Assembly (NCBI GenBank): GCA_027030065.1
Contig: JALVFK010000132.1
Span: forward strand, 8,977-72,976
DNA: 64,000 bases
Source: Desulfurococcales archaeon
GTDB lineage: Archaea; Thermoproteota; Thermoprotei_A; Sulfolobales; WANQ01
Direction of reading: 5' to 3'
The notes below the pieces were generated by a model. The model saw only the letters and a list, made by a program, of their open reading frames with translations. It was not told the DNA's origin and ran no database searches. The first letter of the stretch is position 1, and every line of letters begins with the position of its first letter. A program made the position numbers and the translations under genes. This document shows positions 8,273 through 16,338 of this stretch, piece after piece.

Positions 8273-9291
8273 AAAAAATCTATAGAAATACATTGTTTGC
8301 TGTATTAGTGGCTTCACTTATCATGGGTGTTCCACTAGCTATAATATCACATAGTACTAGCCCATACGATGTTGTGGAGAAGAATCTGGTACAAGTAATC
8401 TATAACACTAATTATGAGTACCTAGCTCATGTTAATAAGTCAATAATATATAATAACAGAGATATTGTTGGAATGGACGATACCCTCTACATACCGCTAA
8501 CGAAAACATTAGAATTCAATATGACTTTCAACATTATTAGTAAATTAGACAAAATTATCGGAAACAAGGGTATAATAGACTTAAAGATAAAGTTAACGGA
8601 ACCCGACGGCTGGAGCATATTGTTGAACAATGAAACATATATCATAGATTCACCCAATACAACGGTGAGATTCTACATAAATGTAACCGAGCTTAGAGAC
8701 ATTATAGCGAGTATTCGCAAGGAGATAGGACTATCATCGTTAGAGTACAATATTGAAGTTGACCCAACTATAAAGGTGAGTACAAAACTTAGCGATAGGA
8801 TTGTAGACAGAATAATTGAGCCAAAACTAGTACTCTCACTTGATTTTCAAAGAAACAAGATACTATATGATGACTTGAATTTCACAGACACTTACAGGCA
8901 TGCTGAAAAACAGATAATATCGTCAACTTTCTCGTTGCCAGGATTATTTTCTCTAACGATTCAGAACCTCAGATATATCAGCTATACGCTGGTTTTAGCT
9001 GGTGTGGTATCAGCAGTACTTATCATAATAACGCGCGAGAAGGAGTTGACCAGTGTTATAGATGAATTTTTACGCAAATATGATAATGTGATAGTAAAGG
9101 CTTCAGCTGTAACCTCTAGTAGTAGAAAGGTATTAGTGAAAGACTTTAGGGAGCTTTTAAGAATATCGAGACTTCTAGGAAAGCCTATAGTGTACTATAA
9201 GGAAGGAGAATCACATATATTTACAGTAATAGATGCTGAGACACTCTACATTCTCTCGTTGGGCGAAGACGGTAAACCATTATCAGACTAA
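8269..9291 (+). CDS. Membrane-anchored extracellular protein, DUF5305-like (tentative)
   Basis: ATGA overlap with the peptidase gene (ATG 8269; the ORF track gives 8254). It has an N-terminal TM, a ~230-aa extracytoplasmic part, a second TM (YTLVLAGVVSAVLIII) and a short cytoplasmic tail. The family assignment is from memory of SipW-neighbourhood genes. Confidence 0.4.
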   Translation: MKKIYRNTLFAVLVASLIMGVPLAIISHSTSPYDVVEKNLVQVIYNTNYEYLAHVNKSIIYNNRDIVGMDDTLYIPLTKTLEFNMTFNIISKLDKIIGNKGIIDLKIKLTEPDGWSILLNNETYIIDSPNTTVRFYINVTELRDIIASIRKEIGLSSLEYNIEVDPTIKVSTKLSDRIVDRIIEPKLVLSLDFQRNKILYDDLNFTDTYRHAEKQIISSTFSLPGLFSLTIQNLRYISYTLVLAGVVSAVLIIITREKELTSVIDEFLRKYDNVIVKASAVTSSSRKVLVKDFRELLRISRLLGKPIVYYKEGESHIFTVIDAETLYILSLGEDGKPLSD

Positions 9292-9389
9292 ATATTGTTT
9301 TCTCTAGGGATATATTTTATTTTCGAGGTATAACTCCTCTAATAGTTATTGAGAAAAAATTAATTTATCATAGAGTTGATAAGCTAACT

Positions 9390-10301
9390 GTGGTGTATAG
9401 TGACATGGATGTAACAAGTATTGCGAGAATGCAAATAGATCCGGGATCAATAATAGGGTTGTTGTTCTGGATAATATTATTCATAGTATTGTTTTCGCCA
9501 TCTCTACAATTCCATTCGTTAAAGTCGGCTCGTCTTAGACTAATAGGTGCTATAGAGAGAAAGTATGGGTTCCGCCTAATAACACTAATACATAGGCAAG
9601 AAAAAGTAGGTTTCTTCGGAATACCAGTCTACAGATTCATCGATATAGACGACTCGGAGGCCGTTATAAGAGCTATTAGAACAACACCACCTGATAGGCC
9701 CATAGCATTAGTCCTCCACACACCCGGAGGACTTGTTCTTGCAGCAGCACAGATAGCCATGGCCTTAAAGAAGCATCCAGCAAAGAAAATAGTAATAGTC
9801 CCGCACTATGCTATGAGTGGTGGTACGCTAATCTCTCTAGCAGCCGATGAAATATGGATGAGCCCTGAAGCAGTACTCGGGCCCCTTGACCCCCAGTTAA
9901 GCATGGGTCAAGGGATAATGGCTCCAGCACCCTCGATATTAAAGGTGGCTAAAATAAAAGGTGATAAAGCATCAGACCACTTACTAGTAATGGCTGATGT
10001 AGCTGAGAAGGCTATAAAAGAAGTACAAGAATTCATTATAAGATTACTCGAAGACAAGATGCCTAAAGAGAAGGCAGAGGAACTGGCAAGACTTCTAACA
10101 GAGGGTAAGTGGACCCATGACTACCCAATAACAGCTGAAGATGCCATTAAGATGGGGTTGCCAGTAAAGACGGAGATTCCACCCGAAATATACGAGTTAA
10201 TGGAACTATACCCGCAAGCACCAGTAAATAGACCTGGTGTAGAATATTTGCCATATCCTGTAATACCTCATCCAAGTCATCGCCAGGTGAGTCGACAGTA
10301 A
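9390..10301 (+). CDS. Membrane-bound ClpP-class serine protease (SDH/DUF114 family)
   Basis: N-terminal TM, then LITLIHRQE...RPIALVLHTPGGLVLAAAQIA...HYAMSGGTLISLAADEI. This pattern is typical of the serine dehydrogenase proteinase family. Confidence 0.7.
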   Translation: MVYSDMDVTSIARMQIDPGSIIGLLFWIILFIVLFSPSLQFHSLKSARLRLIGAIERKYGFRLITLIHRQEKVGFFGIPVYRFIDIDDSEAVIRAIRTTPPDRPIALVLHTPGGLVLAAAQIAMALKKHPAKKIVIVPHYAMSGGTLISLAADEIWMSPEAVLGPLDPQLSMGQGIMAPAPSILKVAKIKGDKASDHLLVMADVAEKAIKEVQEFIIRLLEDKMPKEKAEELARLLTEGKWTHDYPITAEDAIKMGLPVKTEIPPEIYELMELYPQAPVNRPGVEYLPYPVIPHPSHRQVSRQ

Positions 10302-10432
10302 TTAAAAAGATGTTAGTGATACTGTTCTCAGTGAATCTAGTAGAAGTTTTTTATAGCATTAAAATACTTTCTTTTTCTCCGAGTTAGTGTAAGGATAGCT
10401 GAATTCTACGTTAAGTATAGGTCTGGTGGATA

Positions 10433-11806
10433 TTGATGACAACGATACCGGGGCTTCAAGCGGAATGGGATATTCTTGTGAAGATAGTTGTTAGTTTCCT
10501 AGCGGGGGCTCTAATAGGGTTGGAGAGAGAGAAGGCGAAGCGTACTATCAGTAAGGAAGAATCTGAGTATGGTACGCCTCCTGGTGTCCGTAGTTTTGGT
10601 TTTATGGCCTTGCTTGGGTCTTTAACTATAACTATCCCTGTCTTTGCTTCAAAGACTATTGAGGGTTTTGGGCAGACTATAGCGGTATCGATTTCTCTTG
10701 GGATGAGTATTTTATCCATACTAGTCGTCGGGATCTATAGTTATTATAGATTGATCATTCTACGTGAGCCTGGAATAACAACTCTTGTTGCATTGGCATT
10801 AGCTTATGCTATAGGTGTTGGTATAGGATTAGGGTTATTTCTTGAAAGCATTGCGGCAAGTGTTCTGATAACATTTATGCTCGCTGTAAAACTACGTATT
10901 GAGGAAGCCGTAAGGATATTAACGTATGAGGAACTGTTATCGGCTCTAGAGATAGGGATAATAGTATTTCTCCTAGGCCCCTTCCTAGCAGTTGATATAA
11001 CCGACCCCTGGCTACATGTGATTAACCTAAGAGTTCTCTACGGCTTCTTTGTGATAATTCTTATCCTATCGTATATCGGTTATATTCTTGTAAAGGCCTT
11101 AGGACCGAGAGCTCTTACATACTTTGCTTTCTTTGGAGGCTTAGTTCATAGCGAAGCAACAGTTATTAGTATAACTAGGCTCGGTTTAAAGATAAAGAGA
11201 GAAGATGATATAATTAAGGGTTCTATAGCGGCTATAACAGCTATGGTTCTAAGAAATCTCTTCCTAATACTGGGCTTAACCGTTCTAATAGCTCCGCCTG
11301 AAATTCTTGGAATGGAGCTATTACTGACTGTAACGGGGTTCCTCTTAACAATTCTGGTTGGAGTATTCATTCTATCCTTCCGCAAGATGAGTAAGGGAGA
11401 GAAGCTAGAAACACTGCAAACTGGTCTAACCATAGAGAAGCCGGTAAGCTATTCAATAGCGTTAAAGGCTTTACTTGTATTCATTGTGGTTCTATTGGCT
11501 ACAACCATAGCATCAAATATTGCAGGTGAAACGGGAGTCCTTATATCAAGTATTGCTGGTGGTCTTGTTAGTGCGGAAGCAACAATCTTCACTGCTAGTA
11601 CGCTTCAAATTACTGGTAGGATAAGTAGTCAGATAGCCTTGGCTTCAGCCATATTAGCGACTTCTTCAGCGGTACTCAACAAGCTAATATATATGAGGGT
11701 GGCTGGTGCTTCGGGTTCCCTTCTACGGAAACTAGTTTTATCAATAGTATTAATGACTATACCATTGATAATAACTGCTCTAGTACTATTAGGAATAAGC
11801 ATATAA
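10433..11806 (+). CDS. MgtC/SapB-family membrane protein with DUF4010-like C-terminal half
   Basis: LVKIVVSFLAGALIGLEREKAKR is the MgtC N-terminal signature. The 457-aa protein is polytopic. Confidence 0.65.
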   Translation: MMTTIPGLQAEWDILVKIVVSFLAGALIGLEREKAKRTISKEESEYGTPPGVRSFGFMALLGSLTITIPVFASKTIEGFGQTIAVSISLGMSILSILVVGIYSYYRLIILREPGITTLVALALAYAIGVGIGLGLFLESIAASVLITFMLAVKLRIEEAVRILTYEELLSALEIGIIVFLLGPFLAVDITDPWLHVINLRVLYGFFVIILILSYIGYILVKALGPRALTYFAFFGGLVHSEATVISITRLGLKIKREDDIIKGSIAAITAMVLRNLFLILGLTVLIAPPEILGMELLLTVTGFLLTILVGVFILSFRKMSKGEKLETLQTGLTIEKPVSYSIALKALLVFIVVLLATTIASNIAGETGVLISSIAGGLVSAEATIFTASTLQITGRISSQIALASAILATSSAVLNKLIYMRVAGASGSLLRKLVLSIVLMTIPLIITALVLLGISI

Positions 11807-12049
11807 TCATAAAGTACAGTACTAGACAATTAGGTCTACTAGACGAGATTACTCAAGAAGAGGTGACCTACCACGAGACCCCATAAAGCAGTTCTAACCA
11901 TACTCGTAGATGATTACACAAGTACTTCTGGGCTTTTAGGAGAGCACGGCTTATCAATTCACATAGAACTCTACACAGAGAACCATTTCGAGAGCATATT
12001 ATTTGATACAGGACAATCAGATAGGGCGATTAAACATAATAGCGATGTT

Positions 12050-12748
12050 TTGGGCACGGATCTTGCATCGATAAAAACAGTTGTACTGAGCCATCGCCAC
12101 TATGATCATACAGGTGGTTTATTGTATATAGCAAAGAAGTTCTACGATAAAAATAGTAGATTAATAGTTGTCTCTCATCCATGGCTCTTTAAGCCAAGCC
12201 TATATATTAGTGAGAATAGGCAGAGTCTCGACATAGGCATACCCTATGCTCGCCAACTACTAGAAAACTATAATACAAGATTTATATTAGTTAGAACACC
12301 TCTGCAAGTAGCGCCAAGAACCTTCTACTTAGGCGAAATAAGGAGGGAGCTAGATGTATCAAAATATACTCAGGGCTTCTACACAGTACTAGATACCGGA
12401 GAACTAGTACCAGACAATATACCCGATGACACGGGTATAGCCTTGGAGGTAGAGGGGTTGGGAACAATAGTTATCGGTGGTTGCAGTCATAGCGGTATAG
12501 CGAATATAGCATTACAGGCAGCTAGGATAACCAATAAGAGAGTACATGCTGTTCTAGGGGGATTCCACATGAACAAGTATAGTCTAGAAGACATAAAGGA
12601 GACTGTAAGAGTGTTCCGAGATCTTGGAGTAGAAAAAGTATATGCAGGCCACTGTACTGGTCCTAGAGCTGAGAGAATACTAGGAGAACTCTTAGGTGAG
12701 AAATACGTAAAAATGTATTCGGGTATGAAACTCGTCTTCACTCAGTAA
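12050..12748 (+). CDS. MBL-fold metallo-hydrolase (COG1237 type); conserved N-terminus lies upstream of any canonical in-frame start (see finding)
   Basis: VVLSHRHYDHTGGL (HxHxDH motif), GGCSHSGI, GGFH. The in-frame upstream sequence 11885-12049 encodes KAVLTILVDDYTSTSGLLGEHGLSIHIEL...ILFDTGQS, which belongs to the same fold. Confidence 0.75.
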   Translation: MGTDLASIKTVVLSHRHYDHTGGLLYIAKKFYDKNSRLIVVSHPWLFKPSLYISENRQSLDIGIPYARQLLENYNTRFILVRTPLQVAPRTFYLGEIRRELDVSKYTQGFYTVLDTGELVPDNIPDDTGIALEVEGLGTIVIGGCSHSGIANIALQAARITNKRVHAVLGGFHMNKYSLEDIKETVRVFRDLGVEKVYAGHCTGPRAERILGELLGEKYVKMYSGMKLVFTQ

Positions 12749-12882
12749 TAGGTGTATTAGAGAACTTATTGTTTGTCTGTCTGGAGCATGTTTATAACCT
12801 ACGGAAACTTTTGTCTGGTATAAGTAGGGCCACGATAACGCCGTTAATGATTGATGCTCATGCTGTTTAACCGGGGAGTAAA

Positions 12883-14619
12883 GTGAAGGACAAGTGGATA
12901 ATATACGCCTACGTATCACTAGTAGCCTCATGGCTTATAGTAAGTATAGTAAAGATGTATCCATCAGTAATACTGGAAATATATGAGCTAGCATCAGCCG
13001 AAGAATATAGTTACATCTATGCCTTAGCAATAGTCATATTATTTACCTTTATCAAACGAATAAATACAATAGAACCACCAAGGACAAACTCTATAATCTA
13101 TGGTATATCTCTCGCATCACTAGCCCTAACATCCTCACTATACTTCTACAGCATATCATTCGGAATAGCGGAATGGTACTGGATAAGAATAATAGCCCTA
13201 GCCTTCTGGATAATAGGAATAACACTACTAGCACTAGGACTAGACAATGCATCAAAACTAAAAATACCACTACTCTCACTATTCCTACTAATACCAATAC
13301 CAAGAACAATAATGGATTCAACAGCAATAGTCTTATCAAAAATACTCGGCAGAATAGCCGCCCCCATAGTAGGAGCAAAAATAAGCGAGTCAGCAACAGG
13401 ACTAACAGTACTAAGCGTGATGGGGCCAAACGGCAAACCAATACACTTCGAAATAGCCGTAGGCTGTAGCGGAATAGTAAGCCTAACAAGCATAATAGCC
13501 GTACTCCCAATAATAGCCGACATACTAGCAACAACCCATACAACACTAAGAAGAAAAATATATGCACTAATAGTATCAGTAACATCACTCACAATAATAA
13601 TGCTATTCGGAAACTTACTAAGGATCATAGGAATACTATTGGCCGCAAAATATATGGGACACCAAGCGGCAATGGAATTCTTCCACTCCACACCAAGCAT
13701 AATATTTGCAATAGTTGCAAGCATACTTGTAGTTCTCATATTGAATAAAATACTATCGAGATACAAAAGCAAACCAATTGAAAACATACATAATTATTCT
13801 AGTATTAGAGTAGAAGATAAGCATCCATATAAAAATATGGCATTATCGCTAATACTAACAGTTCTAGTAGTCGTATCACTATACAACGTCAATATAATAA
13901 ACCTAGTTCGTCCAGGAGAGCAACATGTATCACAAAATAACATAGTTAACGTTAACACATTGTTTCAGAATATATCCTTTTATATAGCACACAATACTAG
14001 TATAAAGTTTAAGGGATACGTGGAGAGAAAGGATTGGGAAAGACTGCTTGGATTACCGCTGATACTGGTAATGCAAGTTCAATTCCATAAAAAGAACATG
14101 CTTATGTATATAGAGGCTTCAGGGAGTCCTCACTTATTCCATAGCTGGCCAGTATGTTTAGCCTACCAGGGGTATAGCATTGATAAATCATGGATAGATA
14201 TTATAAAAGTAGACAATAAAACTATAGAAATAATATTTGTAACGTATAGAAGAGGAAATATACTCTACATTATGGGATATACTAAGATAGCGGTAATGGC
14301 AGATTACGGCGGTATACTAGGTCCCGCGTACTATAAAATAACGTTATTATCATCATCTTCTCTAAGAAACTATAACGCAATATATGATTACTACGGGATA
14401 ATTTTAGATGCGATGAAAACATATATAGAGTTTCTAGATAATAAGACAAGTATAATAACTGTTGAACCCGAAAAAGAGTATCATCTACTAGAAGTAAATC
14501 CAATAATTATTGCACTAGTATCATCCATTGTAGTTAACATAGTGTTATTTACAATATTATTATATTATGCGGCTAAAACGGGGGAGTTCTCTCTAAAAAG
14601 AGTTAGGGGTAGTCAGTGA
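12883..14619 (+). CDS. Archaeosortase/exosortase-family transpeptidase fused to an EpsI-like C-terminal domain
   Basis: EIAVGCSGIVSL (Cys motif), FGNLLRIIG (Arg motif), EFFHSTPS (His motif) within ~8 TM helices. C-terminal part: LFHSWPVCLAYQGYSI, resembling EpsI (H-x-P-x-x-C-L-x-x-x-G). GTG start. Confidence 0.7.
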   Translation: MKDKWIIYAYVSLVASWLIVSIVKMYPSVILEIYELASAEEYSYIYALAIVILFTFIKRINTIEPPRTNSIIYGISLASLALTSSLYFYSISFGIAEWYWIRIIALAFWIIGITLLALGLDNASKLKIPLLSLFLLIPIPRTIMDSTAIVLSKILGRIAAPIVGAKISESATGLTVLSVMGPNGKPIHFEIAVGCSGIVSLTSIIAVLPIIADILATTHTTLRRKIYALIVSVTSLTIIMLFGNLLRIIGILLAAKYMGHQAAMEFFHSTPSIIFAIVASILVVLILNKILSRYKSKPIENIHNYSSIRVEDKHPYKNMALSLILTVLVVVSLYNVNIINLVRPGEQHVSQNNIVNVNTLFQNISFYIAHNTSIKFKGYVERKDWERLLGLPLILVMQVQFHKKNMLMYIEASGSPHLFHSWPVCLAYQGYSIDKSWIDIIKVDNKTIEIIFVTYRRGNILYIMGYTKIAVMADYGGILGPAYYKITLLSSSSLRNYNAIYDYYGIILDAMKTYIEFLDNKTSIITVEPEKEYHLLEVNPIIIALVSSIVVNIVLFTILLYYAAKTGEFSLKRVRGSQ

Positions 14620-15350
14620 TGTCTTTGCGTAGAATATACTTTATTAGATATACACTGATGTTATCGGTGTATATTTTATTATTTATTTTAGTAGCCTTTA
14701 ACTTTGAAATAGAACTTAATAGAATGCTTTTCATTTATGGCACACTAGCAATAGTTCTAATTAATATAAGGATTTTGCATCCTAGGCTAGGAAACTTTAT
14801 TGTCCTCCCCATTATATCCTATACTATAACGTTATTATTAGTTTATGTAGGGATTATAGGATTTAGCATCTCTCTCGGAGTAATTTATGCTATACTTTTC
14901 ACTGGTATGATATTATTGAATGGATTGCCCGCTGGCCTTGATAATATGTTGAAAAAGATATTTGAGACAGGAAAAGTAGATGCAGAATTACCGTTTATGT
15001 GGATGTTATTGTTTATTGCCTATATGTTCTCGTTTCTTTCGGAAGCCAGTATGATTACAGATTACGTGTATTATTTAATATACGTTATTGCTGGCCCGTT
15101 AGTTGAGGGACTTCTTATAAGCTCCGACTACTATAGTAAGGCTATGAAAGGGAATAATTGTATCTGTTCAAGAATATTATTTATTAATGCCTTATATATT
15201 ACACTAATATTTTATCCTAACCTATTATACATGATTATCAGCATTATCGGTAATTTATCTAAAATTATATTAGGTTTTAAGAAGGGTTTAGTTATCGACT
15301 ATGTTGCTAGAACACTAATAGTAACAAAAACATTATTAGGTGTCCTTTAG
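14616..15350 (+). CDS. Polytopic membrane protein, unknown family
   Basis: 244-aa hydrophobic ORF. Its start overlaps the archaeosortase stop (GTGATG). Confidence 0.5.
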   Translation: MMSLRRIYFIRYTLMLSVYILLFILVAFNFEIELNRMLFIYGTLAIVLINIRILHPRLGNFIVLPIISYTITLLLVYVGIIGFSISLGVIYAILFTGMILLNGLPAGLDNMLKKIFETGKVDAELPFMWMLLFIAYMFSFLSEASMITDYVYYLIYVIAGPLVEGLLISSDYYSKAMKGNNCICSRILFINALYITLIFYPNLLYMIISIIGNLSKIILGFKKGLVIDYVARTLIVTKTLLGVL

Positions 15351-15352
15351 AC

Positions 15353-16060
15353 ATGAATAGAACTCTAATGGTGCTAGCGATAAATGTACTGTTTGGAAGT
15401 ATTATATCGTTAATTCTATCAATTACTGTAATTAATTCAACAGAACTACGAATAGCTAGTGTTTCATTTCTCCTAGTAGGTATGGTTATGTTACCAATAG
15501 GCTTAGGTGTTGAAAGCGAAATTAACAGAATACGGCAAATAGAAGCAGAAGCATTTAAGCAGAATATTAAAAGAATACTAGAAGAATTCCTAATATACGA
15601 TAAGAGGATGTATATTTGTCCGTCAGCAATGTGTAAAACAACCTCGATTCTACTACCAATAGGTGAAGTAAATGTTAAATACATGGTACCTGCAAATAGG
15701 TTCATTACCGTTTATAAGGATAAACTCATGATAATGCTTGAAACTCCAGGGCAGAGAATGTTAAGAAAACTATTAGAGGAAGTAAGAGAAACAATTGATT
15801 TAAATACATTAAACAGTCTAGTCAAAGATTTATCAACAGTATTATTGGGATCAACAGTTGAAATATCTATAGCGAAGCAAGGTAATAGATATAGTATATC
15901 CGTTAATAAAGTAGATAGTAAAGTAGGAGAGTTTGAGTCTTGGATCATTTTAGCAGGTCTCATCGGATCTATAGTAGCTGAAGCATTAAGAAAACCAATT
16001 CTACTGGATAATTACGTATATGAGCATGGTACGTTAAGTATGGAGTTGATCGAGATATGA
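15353..16060 (+). CDS. Membrane-anchored protein (2 N-terminal TM plus ~170-aa soluble domain), unknown family
   Basis: 235-aa ORF starting 2 nt after the previous stop. No recognisable motif. Confidence 0.45.
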   Translation: MNRTLMVLAINVLFGSIISLILSITVINSTELRIASVSFLLVGMVMLPIGLGVESEINRIRQIEAEAFKQNIKRILEEFLIYDKRMYICPSAMCKTTSILLPIGEVNVKYMVPANRFITVYKDKLMIMLETPGQRMLRKLLEEVRETIDLNTLNSLVKDLSTVLLGSTVEISIAKQGNRYSISVNKVDSKVGEFESWIILAGLIGSIVAEALRKPILLDNYVYEHGTLSMELIEI

Positions 16061-16338
16061 AGGTCTTAGAAACTTCTCTGAAAGAGTATAAACTACTGAT
16101 ATATTATTCAATAATAGCTGCTATGATAAATATAGGGTTATCTTTATTTGGTGAATGGCGAGTAGATATATATGTTGCACTACAAATACTAGCATTCATA
16201 ATGTTACGTTTTACTATGGCCCCGTTTCACCCGACGGTAGAAAAATATCTCGGTAAGATAAGTACCATACTATTAATTGTTTTAATAGTAATAATTATGT
16301 TCAGAGTACTTACTGTGGTGGGAATACTTGGTATCTAG
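16057..16338 (+). CDS. Small membrane protein (3 TM)
   Basis: 93-aa hydrophobic ORF with an ATGA overlap with the upstream gene. Confidence 0.4.
   Translation: MKVLETSLKEYKLLIYYSIIAAMINIGLSLFGEWRVDIYVALQILAFIMLRFTMAPFHPTVEKYLGKISTILLIVLIVIIMFRVLTVVGILGI

Noticed and set aside
11863-11886. Programmed +1 ribosomal frameshift at ACC CCA TAA as an explanation for the MBL gene
   Set aside because: The P-site tRNA cannot re-pair in the +1 frame (CCA to CAT, or ACC to CCC). A homopolymer indel is the simpler explanation, although it remains untested.
13091-13787. Minus-strand ORFs of 165 and 213 aa, and a 98-aa plus-strand ORF, inside the archaeosortase gene
   Set aside because: They are Leu/Arg- or Asn/Thr-rich low-complexity translations produced by the skewed A+C composition of the real gene. 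They have no motifs and overlap a gene with clear family signatures.
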